Assembly (NCBI GenBank): GCA_000091205.1
Contig: AP006500.2
Direction: 5' to 3' (one strand)
DNA: 64,000 nt
DNA from: Cyanidioschyzon merolae
Lineage: Eukaryota
The notes under the pieces are model-generated. The model was not told the origin of the DNA, searched no databases, and was given only the letters and a program-made list of their open reading frames with translations. Both the position numbers and the translations under genes were made by a program. Below are positions 29,886 to 39,835 of this stretch, one piece after another; position 1 is the first letter of the stretch, and each line of letters opens with the position of its first letter.

Positions 29886-32624
29886 GTGATGCGCGCCAGC
29901 TCCGACAAACGCAGCGTGGCGGTTATCGAGGCGCTGCGTCACTGGGGCATCCCGCTGAACCCGCGTACAGGCACCTACACACCCGAGCTGGCGGACGCAG
30001 ATGCCCGCTCTGGTGCTTTCGTCTCCGACTCAAGTACGCAAGCACGAGTGGACGCTGACCAGGGAAACGATAACACGGAAAGCGCCGTCGACAATAGACG
30101 CATCCGCGAGGCGAGCGACTGGCTGCAGCAGCTGCGACCGGCTGTGCCGCTGCGACTTGTTCACCAGAACCTTCAGAGTGTTGCGGAAGAGATACGTGCT
30201 AAGCTGACAGCCTGGATAGAACAGGATCTGGGGCGCCGAAGCTCGTTCCAGGCAGAATACAACGGCGATGACGCACTTGCACTAGAAACACCACAAACTG
30301 CACCGGCTCGTGCAGGTTGCGCTCAGCCGGACGCGTCTGCATCTGGTGAACTGGGCACTTTGCTGGAGATCATTCAGCATTGCCGCCAAAAGACCCGTTT
30401 CGCGTGGGAAACCCTCCAAGGTGTTTATCAGGAGCAGTGCAGCAGGCGTGATCAAGTCTGCACACGAATACAACAAGCATATTGGGCGACTCGGCGACGC
30501 TGGCATGCGGAACGCCTTGAGCGCATCACGGAGCTCGCGTGCCAAGTAGAAGAAGCGCTTGCTTCGGTTGACCCATACCCACCGGTATCAGCCGCAGAGG
30601 AGAAATCCCCAGACAAGGCGACTGGCATTCGGGACGATACCGCACGCACACCGACCGACGAGTCTGCAGATGCACAGACTGAGGCATGGCATCGACTCTA
30701 TATTGCTGCCAAGCAACTGGGTGAATGTTTCCAGCTACAAGAGATGTTGCGGGAGGATGTATCCACGGCTGATACGCAGCCGATGCCGCACGAGCCCGAC
30801 ACATCGCCGCTTTCATGTGAGATGCTGGCGGGATTGATCCACACCCAACTGGAGCAGCTTCAAAAACGCCTGGCTACCACGCTCCGCAGCAAACTCGTGG
30901 CAACCTTGACAAGTACGTCCGCTGGCGGTGTACCAGAGGCCGTCCACTGGGAACGCTTTCGCGAACTCGCCCAGGCCTATCAAGATGCGCGCCTCGCGCT
31001 AGCCTTTGAAAGCGACTTTCGGGAAGCGGTTGTACGGCCTCTGGTGCAACGCCTCATGAAAGAGGCGAACGTGAATACGAGTACCGCTCCCGAAACAATG
31101 GATACAGGCGAGTCTGCATTGATCCGCTGCTGGCAATCCGTTATCGCACAGCTGGAGCAGGTTGTTGCTGTGTTTATAACCCCGGCAGCACGCATTGCCA
31201 TGCAGGTCACTGGGGTACCTCCAGCCACAAAGAGGCGACCAAGTGCAATCCTCTATCTAGATCTCCTCGGTAGAGGCTTCTGGCCGGTAATCGCTGATGA
31301 AATACGGGAAGCGTTCGTGACCAAGTTATCACCAGCAGATGCGGAACTTTTCCATCGGGCCTATTGTCTCATGCAACGCTTTGCAGCGCATGTTCGGAGA
31401 GCGAGAGCCGCTGTCGTGCCGGAGGCGGCGGATCTAGTCATCCGCCATGAGGCTACGACTGCATTCTGGCGGTGCTGGAACCTTGCTGCATATTTCCAAG
31501 TACGCTCGACGGGCCTCATCGAACGTCTCGAACACGTCCTGCAGCTGTCGCCGGAACCCGTAACCACGCTGGATGCCAGGTCAGCGCTCTGTGAACTGTG
31601 GCATGCAGATCCAGTTGCATGGGCTTGTTTTCAGCGCTGGCATGCCCAGGGAGTGCGGTGTTGGCAGACCCTCTATACCGTTGCTGCGATACAAGTCTTG
31701 TGGTCTGGATCGGTGTTCGTATCGGCGCTGGTGAGCGAGTCGTTGCGGCTGACGCTGCGTCTGATAGCGCGTCTTGTGGTCTGGCTGGAACAAGGCTCGG
31801 CAGCGGGTGGTCCATTCACCGCCGCTGAGTGCGCGTGGATGATGGACGATCTCCACATTCTCCAGCGCCAGCTACCTGCCGCATTCGAGACGCTTTGGCG
31901 AGATCGAGTCTCTGAGCTAGATGAGGTATTCGCGTCGCCGCATGACGCAGGTGCAGCGCGCGCGCTACCTGTCGCTGAGACATTCACGCAAGCGCTCGAA
32001 TGGCTCGTCAACCGAACCGTGCCAGGTCTGGAACAACGAGTGACTGCCCTAATTCTCGAGCAATGCACCGAGAAAATGCAACCATTGCGTGGCCTGCTTG
32101 CAGCGTATCGAATGATGTCGAACAAGCCCATGCCCAGCAGAGCGACTCCGTTCATTCACGCTGTTCTTCTGCCCTTGGATTCGTTTTTGAAGGAGCTCAC
32201 GAATCCGTGGCAACAACAACAACAACAACAACGGAACGAGGTAATGCCCTTCACGGCAGCGGCGCTGCAACAGTGGCGCCGGCGCTGGGCCACGCACATT
32301 GCGGTGGCGGTCATCCATCGCTACCTGGATACAGGCTTCGAGGTCGTTCGAAGCATCGAACAAGCTGAAGCCGCGCTGCGTCGCTTGCATCTGCACGATG
32401 TGGAGCGTGCTGCTGATCCCGACGCAGACCGTACGGAAACGGAACGCACCAAAATCCTCCAGCAGATGCGTCTGGACGTACGCTGGCTCATGGACCAGCT
32501 CAAGGACCAGCAGCGCTACGGTGGCGTGGATATCTTACTGGAACCTGCGACGCCAGCTCCGGAGACGCCGCCAGAGCTTGTGCGCTGCCAGTGCCGAATT
32601 CAGGAGCTTCTTGGTACAAAGTGA
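29886..32624 (+). CDS. Large hypothetical protein (about 912 aa), helical, with a QQQQQQQ tract; family not recognised.
   Basis: Uninterrupted 2.7-kb ORF with protein-like composition; (CAA)7 at about 32211-32232 encodes polyQ. No catalytic motifs identified. Confidence 0.5.
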   Translation: MMRASSDKRSVAVIEALRHWGIPLNPRTGTYTPELADADARSGAFVSDSSTQARVDADQGNDNTESAVDNRRIREASDWLQQLRPAVPLRLVHQNLQSVAEEIRAKLTAWIEQDLGRRSSFQAEYNGDDALALETPQTAPARAGCAQPDASASGELGTLLEIIQHCRQKTRFAWETLQGVYQEQCSRRDQVCTRIQQAYWATRRRWHAERLERITELACQVEEALASVDPYPPVSAAEEKSPDKATGIRDDTARTPTDESADAQTEAWHRLYIAAKQLGECFQLQEMLREDVSTADTQPMPHEPDTSPLSCEMLAGLIHTQLEQLQKRLATTLRSKLVATLTSTSAGGVPEAVHWERFRELAQAYQDARLALAFESDFREAVVRPLVQRLMKEANVNTSTAPETMDTGESALIRCWQSVIAQLEQVVAVFITPAARIAMQVTGVPPATKRRPSAILYLDLLGRGFWPVIADEIREAFVTKLSPADAELFHRAYCLMQRFAAHVRRARAAVVPEAADLVIRHEATTAFWRCWNLAAYFQVRSTGLIERLEHVLQLSPEPVTTLDARSALCELWHADPVAWACFQRWHAQGVRCWQTLYTVAAIQVLWSGSVFVSALVSESLRLTLRLIARLVVWLEQGSAAGGPFTAAECAWMMDDLHILQRQLPAAFETLWRDRVSELDEVFASPHDAGAARALPVAETFTQALEWLVNRTVPGLEQRVTALILEQCTEKMQPLRGLLAAYRMMSNKPMPSRATPFIHAVLLPLDSFLKELTNPWQQQQQQQRNEVMPFTAAALQQWRRRWATHIAVAVIHRYLDTGFEVVRSIEQAEAALRRLHLHDVERAADPDADRTETERTKILQQMRLDVRWLMDQLKDQQRYGGVDILLEPATPAPETPPELVRCQCRIQELLGTK

Positions 32625-32930
32625 AGCCGCGCTGCGCAACGCAACCCAAGAGCCGGTGTGTCTGCGGACCCCACGCAGTGTACGCGTGTTTGCCTCTGGA
32701 AACTCGGTTTCGTTTCCCGTGCATATGCACACTGATGCACAGATGCATAGGTGTGAGCACGGGCGTATGCACCGATGCTCTCATCGATGCATGGGCATGG
32801 AGGCTGGCGACTACCTCCCTGCCCGACACGCTTCCAGGTAAACCGTTCGCGGACACAGACAAACACACATACACACACAAGCACGCACGAGCATATGCGC
32901 TGGTGCGCTTCGTGCGGCCGTAGCATCGCC

Positions 32931-35900
32931 CTAGTGCAGACGAGCCAAATCATCCACGAGGAGTTTGATATGCTCGATGGATGCACCGACCTGGGCGGCC
33001 ACGAATTCCATTTCAGTGGGTTCAAGTTCCCGAAACCGCTCCACCAGATCTCCGTCCACGAATCCTCGTCGCGGTAAGTCGAAACAGGTCATGCTATGCA
33101 AGCTATTGAGGGCGCGCTCAGAAAGCGGTGTGCGCCAGTCGGCGTGCGCAAAACCCTCGACACCAAGCCGGATACTGGTGAGCGGTGAACGACGCACCCG
33201 CTCGTGGCCGTTGTCCGCAGCACCCGCTTCAGCAGGATGATCCGTCAGCGAGCGCAACGCTTTCTCCACCCGCGACAGCATACGATGTTGTGCTGGGTCC
33301 AGCGGCACGATGATGCCGATCGCTCCAGCGGTCGTTGCGAACAGCAGCGTCTGACGGCTGACGTTGTCGGCAGTCGTGGTGCCTGTCGATGCTCGCGCGA
33401 CATCCCTGGTGCTCTCGGTATCGATGGTGCTGTGACCGTTTCCAGTGCCGGCCTCTTCATTTCCAGAGGCCTCTGTGACCAGTTTTCCCCGCCGAAAGAC
33501 GTTCACCAGATCACCGAGATGGAAAGCACCCGCACGATTGAGTGCGTGGCGGAATTCCGATCGCGTTTCGTGCGGATTCCGCTGCAACGACAGCAAATTG
33601 TACGAGTTATCGGCCGCAAGGTACGTGTCCTCGTTCAGGAACGCACAAGCCGTTATCCACGCGGTCTCGTAGTCCCATGCCACCGCTTTGAGACACGGCG
33701 AGGCGCCATCGGAAGTTTCGCCTTCGGGCAGCACCAGCTGTAGCACACAGAGCGATTTCATGAGGTCTCCAACGAGAAGCTGGTCGCCGCGTGCTTCGAG
33801 GCGCAGCACGAGTACGTGCCCCAGATGGCGAGCAACTTCACGCAGTTCGTAGTCGTCGCCGTGACCCGACTGACCCCAATCGTAGAGGATCACGACGTTG
33901 TTCACGCCGGCGGCAAGGAACCGGGCAGCACTCGCCGGAAACCGACACGTGCGATCACTGGGATCCGCCAGGGCGCTCATGGTGTAGACGGCACCTGGCG
34001 TGTACAGCTCGTTCAGTAAGAGCAATTCCTCTCGACTGAATACGAGTATTCTTCCGCGGGATGGTTCCATTTCTGAAGGCAGCACATACGCAGTACCGAC
34101 GACAAAGACATCGCGTTCGGGAATCGCCACCAGACTCAGGCCGTGCTCGTTCATCGCCAAATCGTGACTGGTGATCGTCTCGAGCGTTTCGTCGTTCAGC
34201 AGACGTACATGGTGTCGTTCCTCCCCGAAAACTATCGACACGGTTAGCAGGCAGATATAGCCACGAAGGTGGGCAATGCGACGCGGTTGCTCGCGAAGAT
34301 CGTGGCGACGAATGTGCAGCTGTTGGATGTGCTCAATCCCGCCGAGTGCAAGGCCCTGCTCCGTCGCCACAGCGATCGAGTCCGGAAAACCCTTCGTGTG
34401 AAAGCGAACCGCCCGGGTGACGTCACGAAGGTTCACATTCCCACAGAATAGGGTACCGTGGTGCGCGTGGATCACAGATGCGCGTCCACATGCGGCAAAA
34501 ACGTAGCGCATTCCGTGAAGCTGCAGATTATTCAGTGCTGCAGGACGCGAACCGAGCCGTAGTTGCCGCGGATGTTGGAGTTGCAGTTCGCACTTGCTGA
34601 GATCTTCTGGCTCGGGCCCACTGCGTTTCGCATCTGGCTGTGAAACGTTAAACGCGAAGAGCCGACCATCGCCGACGGCGACGAGCAGGCACAAATGGGC
34701 TCTGCCGCCGTGGTCGGCCATCAGGCCGCCATGATCATCCAAGTAAGTCAGAAGCACCGACCTGGGGACCGACGTTGACGGCAACGCACTTTCTCGTATG
34801 CATTCCAGTTCCCAGCGATTCCCCGTGTCCTCATGGAGCCGGAACAGCCGTATTCGAGACTCTGCCCAGGTACCGAGCGCAACGATTCCGTAAGCGGCGT
34901 GTATGCAAGCGACCTCAGCCGGAAGCGTCTGGCTGCCGACTGGCACAAGGGATGTCTTCCGCTGCTGGAGAACATAGAGCTGCGCATTACTAGTTGACAC
35001 GAGAACAAGCTTATGCAACTCATCAAAAACTGCATTGGTAATTTGCTCTGATGAGGGAGGGGTCCACGCCACGGCAGGTCGCTCCAGGAGCGTCAAATCA
35101 ACGAGCCCGACATACGATGCGGTCACCCAGAGTGCAAGCTGTTCAGCTGGCAAGCGCATCGCTAGGATTGTAGCCTCATCCACAGCCAGCGATTCCACTT
35201 CAACGAGCTCATCGTGTGCTGCGAGACGAAGGACTCGTGTTTCTGCTGTGAAGGACACAACCAGAAATTCATCCCACTCGGGTGAGGTTAGTGAAGGCAG
35301 CGTGAACAGCGCCTTGATGCCATCGAGCTCCACGGCGGCATGCTCAACAAAGCCGATCCCATTTCGGATGATTCGCAATGAGCCCATTCGAGAAACTCCC
35401 GAGCATGTGATGATGTGCCCGTCGCTAAAGGAATCATCACCGGTGACGAGTAGATCTTGGATAGGACCGATGTTTGTGTAGCACTGCACCACTTGTCCGA
35501 ACCAGAGCTGACACTCGGCTCTCTCGGCTCGGGATTCCCTGCGCTCATGGCTTGATGCCGATGCAGTGGCGAATAGCGTCGTTTGCACGAGCTCAGGTGA
35601 CTCAGTCTGCGACGGCAGCAGTCGAACAAGTTGGGAGTCACCTAATGCCGAGCCGACGAAGACCAAATCACTCCCCAGGTAAGCAATCGCGCTTGCCACG
35701 CTGCTCTCGCAAACACACTCGAGGCGCATGCCCACTTCAGCACCAACTGAGAGAACATACAGAAATCCATCCCGATCGCCCAGCAAGTAGTGGGCGTGGT
35801 AGCCGGCAGCCGCAAGCATCTCAAGCCCTGTTTCGAAGTGGTCTTGTCTGTTTGCCTCTACCGATGCAGACTTGCTGCTGCCGCCAATGCCGCTTATAGG

Positions 35901-37049
35901 ACAAAAACAACGCATCGGTGCGAACTGACCGCCGTGGAAATGGATTACTTGCTTTGCGACGCCGCTGCGGCCGGGGTGGAGTGCCAGGGACGTGTCACAG
36001 GCAACCACGAATCCCCCGCAGGCGCCGTCGTTTGCTGAATCGTTCGGTGCTGGCGGCACTGGAATAATCAGCTCGGCCGAGGCATCCAAATATTGCTGTG
36101 CAATGGGTCCCTCTCTGACATCCTGCCGACCAAGAAGAATTTCATATGAGACCAGATGGCGATTATGAAGATAATCCGTGTGGATTATGGCGAGCGTTGG
36201 ATGCTCCGTCCCGATAAGGAACTCCATGCTCTGGACCTGCACAACGTCGAGCCGAACCTCAAAGGCCTCACCCATGAGGCTGCCCGGTACTACTTTCAAA
36301 AGGCCGTCATAGGCATAGACGGCTAGGCATCGCGCGCTGGGATCAAGCGCCACAAACTCACCAAGCGGGCATCGCCGGCCGAGTTTAGACGCGAGCGACC
36401 CCGCAACGAGTGTCGCCACTCCCTGCAATCTCGTGTCATACTTGATCACGGCAAAGTCCAAACGTTCCGTCAATATGAAGACAGCGTCCGTGCTCTGGTC
36501 TCCAGCATCGGACGGTAGCACCTGTACAGTGCGTGCTGTTTCCGGTACGGGTTTTAAGGGTGCTTCCACTTTGTGCCGTGAGCTTGTTCGAGCACGCTTC
36601 GAACCACTTCGCGGGGTACCCCCGTGCAGATTCAAACTGCTGAGACGCTCGGAGGGTTGCAACGCACCCACCGGGCTCGCGACCCTTGTTCCCCGAGCAG
36701 TCGCACGCTCGCACAGTCCGACACCGGGCAGTACCTCGAGTGCCGCTATTCTGCCAAAGACCGGTAAGTTCGCGTACGCGACTAACGCGCTCTCATGCGA
36801 CTTTGTGCTATCGGTAGAGACTTCATACACTTCGATTCTGTTTAAACGCACCAGAAGCACACTGGGCTGGTCGGGGGAGATGAAGCGCGCAACGCGCGCG
36901 TGCGTCACGATCGACGGTTGCGCAGCAGTAACCACGTAGAGTCCACATCCAATCGACTCTTCAAGCGGGAGTTGAGCGCTTTCCTCGATTGCTGGAGCAC
37001 CTGCTACGGACTCGCTCACACTAACAGGCTCCAGGCTGTCCGTGGACAT
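32931..37049 (-). CDS. DDB1: DNA damage-binding protein 1 (DDB1; CPSF-A/SF3b3 triple beta-propeller family).
   Basis: 1372-aa ORF. The N-terminus ...LYVVTAAQPSIVTHARVARFISPDQPSVLLVRLNRIEVYEV resembles the DDB1 start (YVVTAQKPT...LEIYVV). The C-terminus ...FVDGDLVERFRELEPTEMEFVAAQ...IKLLVDDLARLH matches the DDB1 tail ([22 protein letters not shown]...EELTRIH). Confidence 0.85.
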   Translation of the reverse strand: MSTDSLEPVSVSESVAGAPAIEESAQLPLEESIGCGLYVVTAAQPSIVTHARVARFISPDQPSVLLVRLNRIEVYEVSTDSTKSHESALVAYANLPVFGRIAALEVLPGVGLCERATARGTRVASPVGALQPSERLSSLNLHGGTPRSGSKRARTSSRHKVEAPLKPVPETARTVQVLPSDAGDQSTDAVFILTERLDFAVIKYDTRLQGVATLVAGSLASKLGRRCPLGEFVALDPSARCLAVYAYDGLLKVVPGSLMGEAFEVRLDVVQVQSMEFLIGTEHPTLAIIHTDYLHNRHLVSYEILLGRQDVREGPIAQQYLDASAELIIPVPPAPNDSANDGACGGFVVACDTSLALHPGRSGVAKQVIHFHGGQFAPMRCFCPISGIGGSSKSASVEANRQDHFETGLEMLAAAGYHAHYLLGDRDGFLYVLSVGAEVGMRLECVCESSVASAIAYLGSDLVFVGSALGDSQLVRLLPSQTESPELVQTTLFATASASSHERRESRAERAECQLWFGQVVQCYTNIGPIQDLLVTGDDSFSDGHIITCSGVSRMGSLRIIRNGIGFVEHAAVELDGIKALFTLPSLTSPEWDEFLVVSFTAETRVLRLAAHDELVEVESLAVDEATILAMRLPAEQLALWVTASYVGLVDLTLLERPAVAWTPPSSEQITNAVFDELHKLVLVSTSNAQLYVLQQRKTSLVPVGSQTLPAEVACIHAAYGIVALGTWAESRIRLFRLHEDTGNRWELECIRESALPSTSVPRSVLLTYLDDHGGLMADHGGRAHLCLLVAVGDGRLFAFNVSQPDAKRSGPEPEDLSKCELQLQHPRQLRLGSRPAALNNLQLHGMRYVFAACGRASVIHAHHGTLFCGNVNLRDVTRAVRFHTKGFPDSIAVATEQGLALGGIEHIQQLHIRRHDLREQPRRIAHLRGYICLLTVSIVFGEERHHVRLLNDETLETITSHDLAMNEHGLSLVAIPERDVFVVGTAYVLPSEMEPSRGRILVFSREELLLLNELYTPGAVYTMSALADPSDRTCRFPASAARFLAAGVNNVVILYDWGQSGHGDDYELREVARHLGHVLVLRLEARGDQLLVGDLMKSLCVLQLVLPEGETSDGASPCLKAVAWDYETAWITACAFLNEDTYLAADNSYNLLSLQRNPHETRSEFRHALNRAGAFHLGDLVNVFRRGKLVTEASGNEEAGTGNGHSTIDTESTRDVARASTGTTTADNVSRQTLLFATTAGAIGIIVPLDPAQHRMLSRVEKALRSLTDHPAEAGAADNGHERVRRSPLTSIRLGVEGFAHADWRTPLSERALNSLHSMTCFDLPRRGFVDGDLVERFRELEPTEMEFVAAQVGASIEHIKLLVDDLARLH

Positions 37050-37099
37050 GCTTCAGCTACGCTTTTTCAGCAGCGCCTAGGCACGGGTAGCGTACAACG

Positions 37100-39000
37100 T
37101 GGCGCCAACGACGTTGATGCGTGCGTGTTTTGCGCGCACGCACGCATCCGGCGGTGCGTGCGCGCGGCAATTCTGTATAAGGATGCGCTGAGGACGGAGC
37201 GTGCCTCATTGAATGAGGCCTGGACGGACCACTGGACAGAGCTGCATGAAAACGTAACTGGGCACTGCCAAGACCGAATCTATTGGCAACAGTATGCTGC
37301 AGAACTACCGCGCCTCGAACCGGTACCGGAATGGAACGACCCAATCTTCTGGCCTGAATCTGTTCGGACCCTGCTATGCGCAAGCAACCGCAAAACACCT
37401 GGCATCGGCGGTATCCCTGCGGAGAGGATGAAACTGGCGACCCCAAAAGACGGGACAACAGGGACACCATCGATACCAGATGAACCTGACACAACGTTAG
37501 GTAAACGCCTTGTGGAGCTCATCCAACGCATGTTCGAAGAGGCGTACATCCCGGATGTATGGAGGACTGTCGAGGTCGTACCGATCCTCAAAAAGGACTC
37601 TGACATACACACACACACAGACATGAACAGACATGAATATCTACCGGACTATGCGCCTCATCCCGTAAATCATGAAGCTACTTTGCGCCATTCCCAAGAA
37701 ACGGACTCAGATAGGCCTCGTGGAACGCAAGTTCTTCGCCCCAGAACAGGCTGGATTCCGGAGCCACGAGGAGTGCATGAGCCATGCCCTGACCCTAGCT
37801 GAAGTGGTGCAACGTCGCTCCATTAGCGGCCAACAACCAATTTACGTATGCTTCATCGATTTCCAAAAGGTTTTTGACACGGCCCCGCATGAGGCTCTCT
37901 TTTTGAATATGGAACGAGCCGGAGTCTCCGGAAAGTGCCTAGCGTTCTTCCGTGCGCTCTATGTAGACTCATGGATGCACATCCGACTGGGCGACGGCTC
38001 AAGAATCCTTTCGATAAGGATCTGCCATGGACTGCGACAGAGCGACCCCACATCCCCGCTCCTTTTCAATATCTTCATCAACGATCTGCTGAACAACTGC
38101 AGGCAATACGGGCTTGAGGTGCCGTGGATAGACTGTGGAGAGCCCGGTGAAGAGCGCCCACATGGGAACCGCCTCGCAGGCCGTCTATTTGCGGACGATG
38201 TCGTGCTGTTGGCACCCGCCCCGGAAACGCTTGCTGCTAGCATGCAACAAGTCAGCGCCTGGGCCGATCGCTGGGAGATGAGCATAGGAGCATCGAAGTG
38301 CGGCGTCATGGTCATCCATGGAGACTCGCAGCGCATTCGCAGTCGCTCGTGGCGGTTGCAGAATCAGGAAATTCCGATCGTGGAAAAATATCGCTACCTG
38401 GGGGTCTGTCTCACGCCGACGCTCGACGAAAAGGCACACGTTGACGAGATGATCGCCAAGATGCATAGAGGTACAGCGATCGCACGCCCATTCCCATCCG
38501 ACCCCTCTATCTGCATAGCAATCCGTACGAGGGCACTAAGGATGTGTATCATCCAGCCTGCGACCTGGGGTACTGAATGGTGCGGCATGAAGCACCCAAA
38601 TGTCTCGCGTCTGCAGACAGCCGCCAACAGGGCAATGCGACTCGTTGGTGTTGGATGCTCAATGTAGAGCAGAGCAACCACCGCGCTGGCACTCGGACTT
38701 GAACTCCAAATACCCTCGACAGAAGCGATAGCAGCAGGCTGCCGGGCATGTATACGGGCCAAAGGGCCCACCATGTACACCTGGTTCAGTCGGAGTTTCA
38801 TGAAGACCCCAACCCACCGCAAGAACACTTGGATGAAATCGACGCAGATTTGGGTGAAGCGCCTCTTGGGCGAAAACACGCTCCCCAATCGTTCCCCAGA
38901 AATATAGAAGGCTCCCGCCGCCTCAAACGCACGGTTCATGAAACAGTATGGTAACGCTGAAGTCGAAATATTCGCATCGGAGACGTTGATCGGACGTAGC
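37100..39000 (+). mobile_element. 5'-truncated, degenerate non-LTR retrotransposon (LINE) fragment with a reverse-transcriptase domain only; no endonuclease or ORF1.
   Basis: The pre-RT region (...VPILKKDSD...) lies in track ORF 36900..37802. RT domains continue in a different frame in 37672..38667: ...NYRP-like KLLCAI..., QPIYVCFIDFQKVFDTAPHEAL, SPLLFNIFINDL and FADDVVLLA (the F/YADD box at about 38188-38199), then ...KYRYLGV.... The frame break lies near an (AC)n/'acagacatgaacagacatgaat' low-complexity patch at about 37605-37650. Boundaries are approximate. Confidence 0.65.
37672..38667 (+). pseudogene. Reverse transcriptase ORF remnant of the LINE fragment, out of frame with the upstream RT segment.
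   Basis: Contains RT motifs 3-7 including FADD, but is separated by a frameshift from the N-terminal RT motifs encoded in frame 36900..37802. It lacks endonuclease and C-terminal domains. Confidence 0.6.
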
Positions 39001-39835
39001 ATACGCATTAGAATCTAGAGTATACATACATGTACTGGTGGGCGGCACTGGAATCCCCGGAGCTTGCTCGACGAGCTCATAGGATCGCAACAATGCGCGT
39101 TGGTGTACTCTGACTGACCTCGGCTCTATGCTGCATCGGAACACGGGACGCATCCTGGGAATCACACTTTCACTCTTTTGGGATTGTGAATCATGAAACT
39201 CTGACACACTTGTTCATAAGATGTGCGCGTTGACAACAGGAATGCAGATACCTTTTTTAAAGACAGCGGCTTCTCTGTATTTCTATGGAGGAAGACCAGA
39301 GGTGGCTCGCAATTGCTGTAGCCCTCGCGATGAATTGGCCTCTAATCGAGCCACGGCGCTCACTGGCGGGTACCAAATGTACATGCCACCCTCTAAGCGG
39401 AAGGTCCTGCGAACGGGACCACAGCTCGGGTCCAGCGCTTGTGCAACTCCCCAGAGCAAGTTGCGGATCAAAGGCTTGCGTCGCGAAACGGCAACGCATT
39501 CTAGACACGAATACGAAGCGGAGACTCGGCCGCCAACATTCATCTCCACTGTCAACTTTCTCCGACGCGTTGTGCCGCGAAGACAGTCCTGTGTCAGCAG
39601 CCAGTTCCAGCACACATCCATGACGACACCCGACCCCGTACCAGGTGAACGATACCTCCAGCGTACATCCGCCACGGGATAGCAAAACAGTACAGTCTCC
39701 GAGCTGCACCCGCATCCACGCTACGAGCGCTATTGCGTACGCTGAACGGAGCCTCGACGCCGGGTGAAACGTTCAAAAACGCCCATCATCTCCGCTGCCA
39801 GGCATGCGACATGGAATTCGAAGACTGGTTAAACG

